A DNA stretch of 64,000 nucleotides, from contig MEUC01000007.1 of the NCBI GenBank assembly GCA_001771545.1, positions 8,030 to 72,029 of the forward strand, read 5' to 3'. A model generated the notes under the pieces. It saw nothing but the letters and a program-made list of their open reading frames with translations. It made no database searches and had not been told where the DNA came from. This DNA comes from a candidate division WOR-1 bacterium RIFOXYB2_FULL_42_35. Its GTDB lineage: Bacteria; Margulisbacteria; WOR-1; O2-12-FULL-45-9. The position numbers were made by a program, and so were the translations under genes. Below, in pieces: positions 18,653-28,214 of the stretch (positions are counted from its first letter, which is position 1; every line of letters starts with the position of its first letter).

Positions 18653-19654
18653 CTAACCAAGCAGCTTAAGAATCCTCTGCATATCTTCCGGTAACTCCGC
18701 GTCAAACTCGACACGCTTTCCGGTTCTCGGATGAATAAAGCCTAATTTAGCAGAATGGAGCAGCTGCCCGGACACCCGGTACTTTTCCCTGCGCTTGCCA
18801 TAGATCGGATCCCCCACTACCCCATAACCAAGATGGTTTAGATGGACCCTGATCTGGTGAGTCCGACCGGTTTTTATCACTACTGCCAATAAAGTGTAAT
18901 CTTTGAATCTTTGCAAGACCTTATATTCCGTAATTGCTTCCCGGCCTTTTTGCTTAAAACTGGGATCCTGAAATTTGGGGTTGGCTTTGATCTTTGCCCT
19001 CATGCTTAGGCTCGGTCCAAACAACCCCTGATCTCTAGTCTTTATTACCGCCATCCTTTTCCTGTCATGATGATGCCGGCCAATCTCTGTTTCAATCACC
19101 CCTTCATCTTGACTGACCACCCCATGCACCAAAGCAACATATTGCTTACTAATCTCTCTAGCCTTAAACTGTTCGGCCAAGGCTTGATGAGTAAAATCAT
19201 TTTTTGCCACTACGATCAAACCCGAAGTATCCTTATCCAAACGATGAACAATGCCCGGACGCAACACTCCGCCAATACCGGACAAATCCTTACAATGATA
19301 AAGCAAGGCATTAACTAGCGTCCCTTCATAATTACCAACAGCAGGATGAACCACCATCCCTCTAGCTTTATTGACCACTATTAAATCTTTATCCTCAAAA
19401 ACTACATCGAGGGGAATGTTTTCCGCTGCAACTTCCAACTTCTTTGGTGCAGGTACGGTGATAAAAACCTGATCGTTTTCTTTGAGCTTAATGCCAGGTT
19501 TCGCAATTTTACCATTGACTAAAACATTGCCATCTTTAATTAGTCTATTAACTTGTGACCGGGTCTGAACAATCTCTTCTTGGACAGTTAAAAAAGCATC
19601 AACCCTCTCTCCTGCCTGATCTTCCATAACAATATATTTAAATTCTTTTTTCAT
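18653..19654 (-). CDS. rluD: 23S rRNA pseudouridine synthase, RluA family with S4 domain
   Basis: Contains HRLDKDTSGLIVVAK and GRTHQIRVH, with an N-terminal S4-like domain. Confidence 0.9.
   Translation of the reverse strand: MKKEFKYIVMEDQAGERVDAFLTVQEEIVQTRSQVNRLIKDGNVLVNGKIAKPGIKLKENDQVFITVPAPKKLEVAAENIPLDVVFEDKDLIVVNKARGMVVHPAVGNYEGTLVNALLYHCKDLSGIGGVLRPGIVHRLDKDTSGLIVVAKNDFTHQALAEQFKAREISKQYVALVHGVVSQDEGVIETEIGRHHHDRKRMAVIKTRDQGLFGPSLSMRAKIKANPKFQDPSFKQKGREAITEYKVLQRFKDYTLLAVVIKTGRTHQIRVHLNHLGYGVVGDPIYGKRREKYRVSGQLLHSAKLGFIHPRTGKRVEFDAELPEDMQRILKLLG
18955..19000 (-). repeat. word-repeat segment inside rluD
   Basis: GGATCCTGAAATTTGGGGTTGGCTTTGATCTTTGCC encodes KIKANPKFQDP. It lies within an extra loop of about 28 aa between RKRMAV and GREAITEYKV. 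Confidence 0.6.
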
Positions 19655-19672
19655 ATTTTCCTTTACATTATA

Positions 19673-19724
19673 CCCCCTCTCCCTCTGGGAGAGGGGGAGG
19701 AGACATTGTGTGGATGGGGGTGAG
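19673..19724. repeat. GC-hairpin element copy B
   Basis: CCCCCTCTCC-CTCTG-GGAGAGGGGG (19673-19697) plus GGGGGTGAG (19716-19724). It sits between tgt and rluD. Confidence 0.8.
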
Positions 19725-19835
19725 GGCTAAAACAAAGCCACCTGTTCTTGTCTCAGTTTTCCTTCCGCCTGCTCCGTTAGTATCTTAACACTACCTAGCT
19801 CACTGTAATAGGAGAATCTTTGGTTTTATTTTAGA

Positions 19836-20921
<1,086 letters not shown>

Positions 20922-22061
20922 TCACAGGATAAACATCGCATCGCCAAAGGAAAAAAAGCGGTATTTTTCTTGGATAGCCTCTTGGTATGCCTTCATAATA
21001 AAATCTTTACCCGCCAAAGCCGAAACTAACATAATCAAAGTCGATTTCGGCCAGTGGAAATTTGTAATCAGCGCATCAACAACTTTAAATTTATACCCGG
21101 GATAAATAAACAACTTACTCCGCCCAACTTTCCCGCCCCCTTCTCTTTCCAAGAGAAGGGGGTTGGGGGATGAGTTAAATACTGTTTCCAGGGTTCTAAC
21201 AGCCGTAGTCCCTACCGCAATAACCCGCTTCGCTTTTTCAACGGCTTTAACTGTTTCATCCGGGATTTCAAAATACTCCTCATGCATCGGATGATCTTCG
21301 ATCTTTTCTGTGCGAACAGGCAAAAAAGTTCCTAAGCCCGTATGAAGGGTCACATAAGCAACCCGAACTCCCTTGGCTTTAATTTTTTCTAAAAGTTCAG
21401 GAGTAAAGTGCAGCCCAGCCGTCGGCGCCGCCGATGCCCCTTCTTTCTCTGCATACACAGTTTGATAACGTTTTGATCTTTGATCTTTATAATTTTGGGC
21501 TTGTTTTGCACTTTGATCTTTGAATTTTAAACTTTTAATGTATGGCGGCAACGGAACCTCCCCTAACTCATGCACAACTTCCCAAAACTTTCCTTCAGAC
21601 TCAAACTTAATAATCTGTTCCCCACCCTCCAACTTTTCCAGAACGGTTCCAATTAACTGCCCCTCACCAAATCTAACCTTAGAGCCAACTTTTAACCGTT
21701 TCCCAGGTCTAACTAAACATTTCCATTTCTGACATTGATCTTTGATCTTGGGATTTGTTTTGAACTTTGTACTTTGATCTTGGATCTTTTGCTCCCCTGG
21801 ATTAACAAGCAAAACCTCCACCTTCCCCCCACCCTCTACTTTTTTCCCCACCAGATTAGCCGGCATTACTTTTGTATCGTTCAGCACCAAGAGATCCCCG
21901 GAGTTTAGATAATCAATAATATCGTAGAAATGTTTGTGCTCAACAGTTTGAGCCTGACGATTGAGAACCATTAAGCGGGATTTATCACGCTCCACAGCCG
22001 GCTCATGCGCAATCAGTTCTGAGGGGAAATTAAAATCAAAATCAGTGGTTTTGGTCATCAA
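20922..22061 (-). CDS. queA: S-adenosylmethionine:tRNA ribosyltransferase-isomerase
   Basis: Contains PPYI, YQTVYA, AAPTAGLHFT, VGTTAVRTLE and FFSFGDAMFI. Confidence 0.93.
   Translation of the reverse strand: MMTKTTDFDFNFPSELIAHEPAVERDKSRLMVLNRQAQTVEHKHFYDIIDYLNSGDLLVLNDTKVMPANLVGKKVEGGGKVEVLLVNPGEQKIQDQSTKFKTNPKIKDQCQKWKCLVRPGKRLKVGSKVRFGEGQLIGTVLEKLEGGEQIIKFESEGKFWEVVHELGEVPLPPYIKSLKFKDQSAKQAQNYKDQRSKRYQTVYAEKEGASAAPTAGLHFTPELLEKIKAKGVRVAYVTLHTGLGTFLPVRTEKIEDHPMHEEYFEIPDETVKAVEKAKRVIAVGTTAVRTLETVFNSSPNPLLLEREGGGKVGRSKLFIYPGYKFKVVDALITNFHWPKSTLIMLVSALAGKDFIMKAYQEAIQEKYRFFSFGDAMFIL
21131..21180. repeat. GC-hairpin element copy C, in frame inside queA
   Basis: CCCCCTTCTCT-TTCCA-AGAGAAGGGGG (21136-21162) plus GGGGGATGAGTTAA. 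It is translated as SSPNPLLLEREGGGK. Confidence 0.8.
21468..21535 (-). repeat. word-repeat element in frame inside queA (second site)
   Basis: GTTTTGATCTTTGATCTTTATAATTTTGGGCTTGTTTTGCACTTTGATCTTTGAATTTTAAAC encodes LKFKDQSAKQAQNYKDQRSK. Confidence 0.85.
21730..21792 (-). repeat. word-repeat element in frame inside queA (third site)
   Basis: GACATTGATCTTTGATCTTGGGATTTGTTTTGAACTTTGTACTTTGATCTTGGATCTTTTGC encodes QKIQDQSTKFKTNPKIKDQCQ. It shares GGATTTGTTTTGAACTTTG with the copy at 62511. Confidence 0.85.
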
Positions 22062-22068
22062 CTATTAG

Positions 22069-22290
22069 CTATCTTTTCCAAACAATATTCATCAATATCG
22101 TTAAAACCAGGCTCACCAAAACCATCGTGGTGATCGGCACATAAATTAAAATGCCGTTACGATTTAAGGTGAAATCACCAGGCAAACGGCCGAACCAGGG
22201 CACTTTGGCGACCAGGATAAAAAATCCGCCAATTAAAACCATGACTACACCAATATACAAAATCAGTCTGCCTAGGGGTTCAACTGCCAT
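22069..22290 (-). CDS. DUF2905-family small membrane protein
   Basis: Contains LPGDFTLNRNGILIYVPITTMVLVSLVLTILMN, flanked by hydrophobic helices. Confidence 0.75.
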   Translation of the reverse strand: MAVEPLGRLILYIGVVMVLIGGFFILVAKVPWFGRLPGDFTLNRNGILIYVPITTMVLVSLVLTILMNIVWKR

Positions 22291-22291
22291 C

Positions 22292-22780
22292 TTATTTCAC
22301 CTCAAAGCGAATAGGAACCTCAAACCAACTAGCAACATTTACCCCGGCTTGTGAAGCTGGACTGAATTTCCACCTTGAAATAGCTACTACAGCTGATTGA
22401 TCAAATTCGACAACCCCGGAACTGGATTTAACTTTAACATCTTTTGCTTGACCATTTTGGCCAATAAGAACTGACAACAACACTTTGCCTGACAATCCTT
22501 CAGACAAGGCTGTCTCTGGATAAGCCGGCAAAATACTAAAGGTAATCTGCGGAGGAACAAAAGGTAGCGGTGCAGCAACTACTGGCTGAGACATTGGCAC
22601 AGCCTTGGTCTTGGCCACAGCAACTGGTTTTGCAGTTACTATCGACAACTCTTCTCCATAGAATACCGGCATTTCCCTGGTTTGAACCAATTGAAATGGC
22701 CTAGCCATAAAATAGCTCACAGCTAACGCTACAACCAAAATCGTTCCGACCGCTACTAAATTAAAACTTTTTGTTGTCAT
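22292..22780 (-). CDS. tonB: TonB-family energy transducer
   Basis: Has an N-terminal TM anchor, a Pro/Val-rich linker and a C-terminal TonB_C domain (YPETALSEGLSGKVLLSVLIGQNGQAKDVKVKSSSG...AISRWKFSPA). Confidence 0.85.
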   Translation of the reverse strand: MTTKSFNLVAVGTILVVALAVSYFMARPFQLVQTREMPVFYGEELSIVTAKPVAVAKTKAVPMSQPVVAAPLPFVPPQITFSILPAYPETALSEGLSGKVLLSVLIGQNGQAKDVKVKSSSGVVEFDQSAVVAISRWKFSPASQAGVNVASWFEVPIRFEVK

Positions 22781-22789
22781 TTTTTTCTC

Positions 22790-22850
22790 CTTTTGATCTT
22801 TTGCCTTGCAAATTGTTTTGATCTTTCACCTTGGATCTTTGATCTTGATC
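22790..22850 (-). repeat. intergenic word-repeat element (receptor-tonB spacer)
   Basis: The sequence is TTTTGATCTTTTGCCTTGCAAATTGTTTTGATCTTTCACCTTGGATCTTTGATCTTGATC. Confidence 0.8.
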
Positions 22851-22862
22851 ATTATAGCATTA

Positions 22863-24749
22863 TCATATTTCTTGCACTACACCAAGCACATATTTCCTGC
22901 TCGGCATCGGATAATTTAAAGTGTCCTGATATTGGGCATTAAAAACATTTTCCACACCAACAGAAACCTTAACGTCAGCAATTGTTTGCCAAACCTTTAG
23001 ATCGGCAACCGTATAGGCTGGCGCAATTCCTGTGTTGGCTGCATTATCAAACCTCTCTCCAACATAACGCACATAAAACGAACCGGAAAGTCGGTCCTCA
23101 GGCTCATAAACCAAACCGGCATTAGCCTTATGGACCGGACTGTAAACCAATTTATTGCCGGTACTAAGATCAATTGAATTCTGGTAAGAGTAATTCACAA
23201 AACCATGGCAAGCTTCTGTAAATTTTCTCTTTAAACTTAAATCTGCTCCAATAGAATCGGCAGCAGACAAGTTTTGCGCTTCCCAGGTTGCCCAAACCCC
23301 GGAAATATCTACCCATTTGATCATGTCAGAATATTTACTAATATAGCCGGTTAAGGTAGCTTGTGTAGAGTCATCAAACCGTTTGGTTAAACCAACATCC
23401 CAGGTTTGCGACTTCTCCGGCCGAAGATTCTGATTACCCCGGGTAATAAGGCCCCAAACCGGATCATTATAATACCAATAGAGCTCATTAAGTGTTGGGG
23501 CACGGAAAGCCGTGCCAAAAGAAGAACGCAGCACAAGGTCTTGGCTCGCTTGATAGACCAAACCAATCCTGGGACTCAAAGATTCTCCTGCTACAGAATG
23601 TCGGTCAACCCTTAAGCCAAGGTTTAATAATAGTTGCTGATTAGCTCTGTGTTCTGACTGAAAGTAAAATGCCTGGTTACTAATTTTATGTCGTCCGGCC
23701 ATGTCACTGTCGCTACCATCAAGATCAAAATCAACTCCTACTGCCAGCTGATGAGCCGAATTAATCTGCAAATCACTCTTTAGGCCTATTCCTAACGATT
23801 CTGCATCATATTTCTCGTTGGCATATAAAGTCGGGTTAGCATTATATCTTTGTTGAATACTGGCATAGCGCCCCTTAAGGTTAATTTTATACTTGGGCGA
23901 CAAGTCTAAATCTAGGCCACCATTTAGATAGTTGTTCCAATCAGACTGACGGGTGTTGGGGGTCGGATAAACGGAAGATCCCGGCACTCCCCTATCAGCT
24001 AAATATCCATTTAAGCCCAGACAGACTTTGGCCTTTTGACTTAAAGCAAACCTAACCTCTCCCTGATAGTTTGTACCAATATAATCGCTATTAGTTTGAA
24101 AGCCCTTAGATATTTTTGAGGCAATTGAGAACAAATAGTCATTATTAACAAGAGAAAAGTCCGCCCTGCTCCCACCATAACTATCATAACCAAATCCTAC
24201 CTGCCTCTTAGTTAACAATTCAGGTTGTTTGGTAATTACATTTACCACTCCACCACTAGCCGCTGAGCCATAAAGCGAAGAAGCCGGCCCGTAAACAACC
24301 TCAATCTGCTCAACATTATCAACCAAAATATCTGTTAAATCAGAAAGACCAAGAAGCGGAGAACTGATTCGATTGCCATTAACCAGGAGTAAAACCTGTT
24401 CAGCATTGCTACCACGCAAACGAAGGGTTGACTGCGCCCCCAAACCACCACTAATCTTTAAATCAAGTCCTTCAGTGTATCTCAAAGCCTGATAAAGATT
24501 ATTAGCGCCAGTCGCTGCAATATCTTTAGCGGTAAGAACAACAACCTTAGCCGGCGACTCTGATTTTAGCTGTAACCTGCGCGTGGCGGTAACAACAACT
24601 TCTTGTCCATAAAAACGCGGAACTTGTAAAGCCAGCGAAGAAGAAGTGAGGAACAACAATGTAACAATGAAACAATTTAATCCCGTTTTAACGGGATCCC
24701 GAAGCATTATATAAAATAGTCGTAATCGGGACACTTTAACACTTTTCAT
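22863..24749 (-). CDS. TonB-dependent outer-membrane receptor
   Basis: Plug region (EVVVTATRR, DIAATGANNLYQALRYTEGL, RLRGSNAEQVLLLVNG) followed by a long beta-barrel region. AAGGAG SD before ATG 24749. The n-region of the signal peptide is encoded by the GGGATCCCGA element. Confidence 0.88.
   Translation of the reverse strand: MKSVKVSRLRLFYIMLRDPVKTGLNCFIVTLLFLTSSSLALQVPRFYGQEVVVTATRRLQLKSESPAKVVVLTAKDIAATGANNLYQALRYTEGLDLKISGGLGAQSTLRLRGSNAEQVLLLVNGNRISSPLLGLSDLTDILVDNVEQIEVVYGPASSLYGSAASGGVVNVITKQPELLTKRQVGFGYDSYGGSRADFSLVNNDYLFSIASKISKGFQTNSDYIGTNYQGEVRFALSQKAKVCLGLNGYLADRGVPGSSVYPTPNTRQSDWNNYLNGGLDLDLSPKYKINLKGRYASIQQRYNANPTLYANEKYDAESLGIGLKSDLQINSAHQLAVGVDFDLDGSDSDMAGRHKISNQAFYFQSEHRANQQLLLNLGLRVDRHSVAGESLSPRIGLVYQASQDLVLRSSFGTAFRAPTLNELYWYYNDPVWGLITRGNQNLRPEKSQTWDVGLTKRFDDSTQATLTGYISKYSDMIKWVDISGVWATWEAQNLSAADSIGADLSLKRKFTEACHGFVNYSYQNSIDLSTGNKLVYSPVHKANAGLVYEPEDRLSGSFYVRYVGERFDNAANTGIAPAYTVADLKVWQTIADVKVSVGVENVFNAQYQDTLNYPMPSRKYVLGVVQEI
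24681..24734. repeat. GGGATCCCGA...ATCGGGACAC element, copy 1
   Basis: TCCCGTTTTAACGGGATCCCGA-N22-ATCGGGACAC lies at the 5' end of the receptor gene. Confidence 0.7.
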
Positions 24750-24838
24750 CTCTATACTCCTTTTTTGATTGGAATACAGAGCTCTCGGGAAAACTCTAAT
24801 TCAACGATCCAAAACAAGGCAGGATTAGAACCTGCAAA

Positions 24839-25537
24839 CTAACTACGCCTCTCCCGTTGAGTAGCTTGTTCAGAACCTTCCACCACCACCACTATTTCCC
24901 CCTTAATCGTCCGATCCTTTAGTTTCTCCAACACCTCCCCCAGCTTACCTCTAATAACTTCTTCGAATTTCTTGGTTAATTCCCGACAAACAGCAACCTG
25001 TCTCTCTCCAAAAATCTCTTTGATACTATTTAACGTTTTAACTACTCGATATGGCGACTCATAGATTATAACCGATCCTTGCTCATCTTTTAAAGCTGTT
25101 AATCTTTTATTTTTCTTGCCCGGTTTTTTAGGCAGAAAACCCTCAAAAACAAATTTATCGGTCGCCAAACCAGAACCAACCAGGGCAGTAATAGCCGCAC
25201 ATGGCCCAGGAATAACCTCCACCCTGTGCCCCTGCGCTACTGCCCCGCTAATTAACTCATAACCGGGATCAGAAATAGTCGGGGTTCCAGAATCAGAGAC
25301 CAGAGCAATGTTTTTACCCTGACTTAACAGGTCAACAATATAGTCTGTTTTGGCTTTGATGTTGAACTTATGATAAGCAGTCATCGGGGTGTTGAGATTA
25401 TATTTAATCAGCAGTTTTTTAGTCTGGCGAGTATCTTCGGCGGTAATTAAGTCAACTTCAGCAAGTGTGCGCACAGCCCGAAAGGTGATATCCTCTAAAT
25501 TACCTATTGGGGTAGCAACAACAAACAAAGTTCCCAT
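24839..25537 (-). CDS. rsmI: 16S rRNA (cytidine1402-2'-O)-methyltransferase
   Basis: GTLFVVATPIGNLEDITFRAVRTLAEVDLITAEDTR, tetrapyrrole-methylase fold. Confidence 0.92.
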   Translation of the reverse strand: MGTLFVVATPIGNLEDITFRAVRTLAEVDLITAEDTRQTKKLLIKYNLNTPMTAYHKFNIKAKTDYIVDLLSQGKNIALVSDSGTPTISDPGYELISGAVAQGHRVEVIPGPCAAITALVGSGLATDKFVFEGFLPKKPGKKNKRLTALKDEQGSVIIYESPYRVVKTLNSIKEIFGERQVAVCRELTKKFEEVIRGKLGEVLEKLKDRTIKGEIVVVVEGSEQATQRERRS

Positions 25538-26025
25538 TAAAACATCGAAGCTCGGACAGTTTCGGCGTTGGGAATAACCTGATCAGTCTCTTGGATTATG
25601 ATGGTTTCTTCAGAATCCTCATTTTCTTCTTTAATCTGAACCGGCAGCTCTTCGGCAACCGCCCTCTCCTGGCTCTCAACATTAACCCTGCCGGTATATT
25701 GCGACCCTTCCTGGATAACAATTCTGCCGCCAACCAAACCGCCATGAACTCGCCCTGTCTTGGTAATCTCCAGACTGTGGGTTGCACTAATATCGCCATC
25801 TACAACACCGGAAACAACTACACTGCCACCATGGATATTCCCGGTTATTTTACTGCCGTCAGCCACAATTATCTCTCCGCTGGTATTGAGTTTGCCTTCA
25901 AATTCACCACTGATAAAGACCGAACCGGAGGCATCAAGCTCCCCTTTAAATCTGGCCCGATCACCAATGATCGTATCAAAAGCTCCTTGGGTAATATTTT
26001 TTTTATCAAAACCAAATAAGGCCAT
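25537..26025 (-). CDS. bactofilin (polymer-forming cytoskeletal protein)
   Basis: DUF583-type beta-helical repeats (GELDASGSVFISGEFEGKLNTSGEIIVADGSKITGNIHGGSVVVSGVVDGDI) with an acidic tail. Confidence 0.85.
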   Translation of the reverse strand: MALFGFDKKNITQGAFDTIIGDRARFKGELDASGSVFISGEFEGKLNTSGEIIVADGSKITGNIHGGSVVVSGVVDGDISATHSLEITKTGRVHGGLVGGRIVIQEGSQYTGRVNVESQERAVAEELPVQIKEENEDSEETIIIQETDQVIPNAETVRASMF

Positions 26026-26028
26026 CGT

Positions 26029-26970
26029 TTACTCCCTCCAGGCTCGACTGGCTGTCAAAATATTTAAATTTAAATAGGCAATCGGATTAATGGCTCGATT
26101 GTTTTTTCTGACTTCATAATGAAGATGTGGCCCTGTAGTTAACCCGGTTGTGCCAACAAAACAAACAACTTGACCCTTTTTGATCGGCTGTCCTACCCTA
26201 ACCGCATATTTTGAGTTATGAGCATAAAGGGTCGAAACCCCATGACTATGCTGGACAATAACTGTTTTACCATAAGCCTGCCGCCAGCCAACAAAGGTCA
26301 CAACCCCATCAGCAGTTGCTTTAATCGGCGAGCCGTATCTGCCTGTAATATCTATGCCGGTATGCAAACCTTTCCAAGGATAAGTTCTGTAACCATAACG
26401 GGAAACTATGTAGCCATTTAATGGCCAACATGAAGGGGTGGCCGCAAAGCGCTGCTGCACATTGTTTACCCAAGCTTTTAACTGAGCAAGACTTTCTTTT
26501 CTTTGTTCCAGTTCAGCGTCAGCCAGCTTAAGTTTTTCAGAGATCTCTTCAACCTGACTTGGGGGCAGATAACTCTTCATCTTGGAAGAAAGTTTCATCT
26601 TCCCTTTCCAGCTTTCCAGCCCTAAAACCTGGCGCAGCTGCTTATCCATTTTGGTTAATTCATAGATCGCCTGGTCCACTTCCTTGGTTTTTTCACTAAA
26701 TGATTCGATAACTTCTTTTTGTTCCTGATTTTTCTCAATGGCGGTCCTGTAGTGCACTAAACGACGGGATAAGATTGAAGAATAGACAACCGATGAAGCA
26801 AAAAGGAAACATAATAGGACAAAAGAGCCAATAACCGCATAAAGTAACTTACGGGGGATCCTTAAACTAAAACCCTTGCCTTGGCTGTCATGAGGAACCA
26901 CCATGAAAGTGTAGTACTTTTCGTTCTTCATCTCTGTTTTTATTATAACAACGCCATAAAGAGAAGTCAA
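26029..26970 (-). CDS. M23 (LytM-type) metallopeptidase with TM anchor and coiled coil
   Basis: Contains HTGIDI and GPHLHYEV motifs. It ends 3 nt before the bactofilin start. Confidence 0.9.
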   Translation of the reverse strand: MTSLYGVVIIKTEMKNEKYYTFMVVPHDSQGKGFSLRIPRKLLYAVIGSFVLLCFLFASSVVYSSILSRRLVHYRTAIEKNQEQKEVIESFSEKTKEVDQAIYELTKMDKQLRQVLGLESWKGKMKLSSKMKSYLPPSQVEEISEKLKLADAELEQRKESLAQLKAWVNNVQQRFAATPSCWPLNGYIVSRYGYRTYPWKGLHTGIDITGRYGSPIKATADGVVTFVGWRQAYGKTVIVQHSHGVSTLYAHNSKYAVRVGQPIKKGQVVCFVGTTGLTTGPHLHYEVRKNNRAINPIAYLNLNILTASRAWRE

Positions 26971-26982
26971 GGTTAAGCAACA

Positions 26983-28206
26983 TTAAGTTAAACGAGCTGA
27001 CAACCATGGATATTTTATTATTAAAGTTGTTCCTGTTGGCCCACTGTTTTTAACTTCAACAGTTCCATTTTGAGCCTCAACATATTGTTTGACTAAGGTC
27101 AGAGCAATATAATCATCATACAAATCTATCCTGTCATGCTGTAAAAGATCATCTTTGATCCCTTCAAGGCTTAAAGCCTTGTCACGTCGACTATTATCGG
27201 TAATGCGAACAACAATATCACCATCTTCTTGGGTAAGAGCAACCGATATATTTGCCTCTTCTCCCATATTTTCAACCGCTTTCCTGGCAATATGTATGGA
27301 GTATAAAATTGATTTAAAGAAATGCTTTCGATCCAATGTCACAAAGACACTTTCTTCTGCTGCAGAAAAGCTCGCATCAGGATTTCCAGCCTTCAGTGTC
27401 CACAAAGCCTGGACTACGTCAAATCTTATAGGATACAAGGGTGCTGGTGGATTGGTAATCTCCCCCACCTGTTCATTGAGCCTTTGCAACCGATCTAAAA
27501 CACCAGGATCATTAATCTTACTAGTCATTGTAGACAGAAAAGCCCCAAACTTTTCCCAAATAGTGGGTGCCAGCTCTTTTCTAGCCTCTTGGGCCTCTAC
27601 CAAACTATCTATCGCCCTACCTATTTCAGCAAAGTTTCCTGGCTTTGTAAAATAACGGTCTGCACCTGCTGCCATTACTTCTGGTTCGTTTTGTGGATAA
27701 CCAGTAAGAACAACCACTATAAGCTCTGGATTAATTTCTCGTGCTTCCCCGATTAACTTAACCCCGGCATCATCCTCCCCCATTTTTATATCCGTTACTA
27801 GAATATCAATTTTATTGCTAGGGTCTCTAAGAAAACCAATAGCTTCTTGTCTTGATGTTGCCTCTAAAATGGTATATTTCTTCCTACCTAAAAGAACTTT
27901 TCCAACACTTCTAAAACTTCCTTGATCTTCCACGAATAAAATTGTTCCTTTGGATTCAGCAGTTCCAGCCCCTTCACCAACGGCAGCTGCTGCCAGGACT
28001 GGTCGCAACGAATCCAAGGTTTGCGCCACTTGAGGGGGAACTGACATCAGCGTCCCATGAGCACCTTGCACAGCAACTGCATGACCAGGACCAGAATCCC
28101 TGTGATCCCCAATCAAAGCTCGTGTAATTCGATCTCCAGCCCTAAAAACCGGGCTATCAGCCGTCATCAACATTTTCCAAGCATTTTTTAGTGGTCTTAC
28201 TATCAT
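26983..28206 (-). CDS. response-regulator receiver domain fused to a degenerate GHKL (pseudo-kinase) domain, paralog 1
   Basis: Has an N-terminal GDRITRALIGDH motif. The REC domain reads LFVEDQ...ILVTDIKMGEDDAG...LTGY...YFTKP. The C-terminal GHKL-like fold (VRITDNSRR...GTTLIIKYP) lacks the N-box Asn and G2 glycines, and I see no H-box. Confidence 0.7.
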   Translation of the reverse strand: MIVRPLKNAWKMLMTADSPVFRAGDRITRALIGDHRDSGPGHAVAVQGAHGTLMSVPPQVAQTLDSLRPVLAAAAVGEGAGTAESKGTILFVEDQGSFRSVGKVLLGRKKYTILEATSRQEAIGFLRDPSNKIDILVTDIKMGEDDAGVKLIGEAREINPELIVVVLTGYPQNEPEVMAAGADRYFTKPGNFAEIGRAIDSLVEAQEARKELAPTIWEKFGAFLSTMTSKINDPGVLDRLQRLNEQVGEITNPPAPLYPIRFDVVQALWTLKAGNPDASFSAAEESVFVTLDRKHFFKSILYSIHIARKAVENMGEEANISVALTQEDGDIVVRITDNSRRDKALSLEGIKDDLLQHDRIDLYDDYIALTLVKQYVEAQNGTVEVKNSGPTGTTLIIKYPWLSARLT

Positions 28207-28214
28207 TCTTAAAC

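Noticed and set aside
24750-24838. Cobalamin riboswitch upstream of the TonB-dependent receptor
   Set aside because: The spacer is only about 90 nt, with a good SD and ATG at 24749. I see no B12-box-like core, so it is too short for the aptamer.
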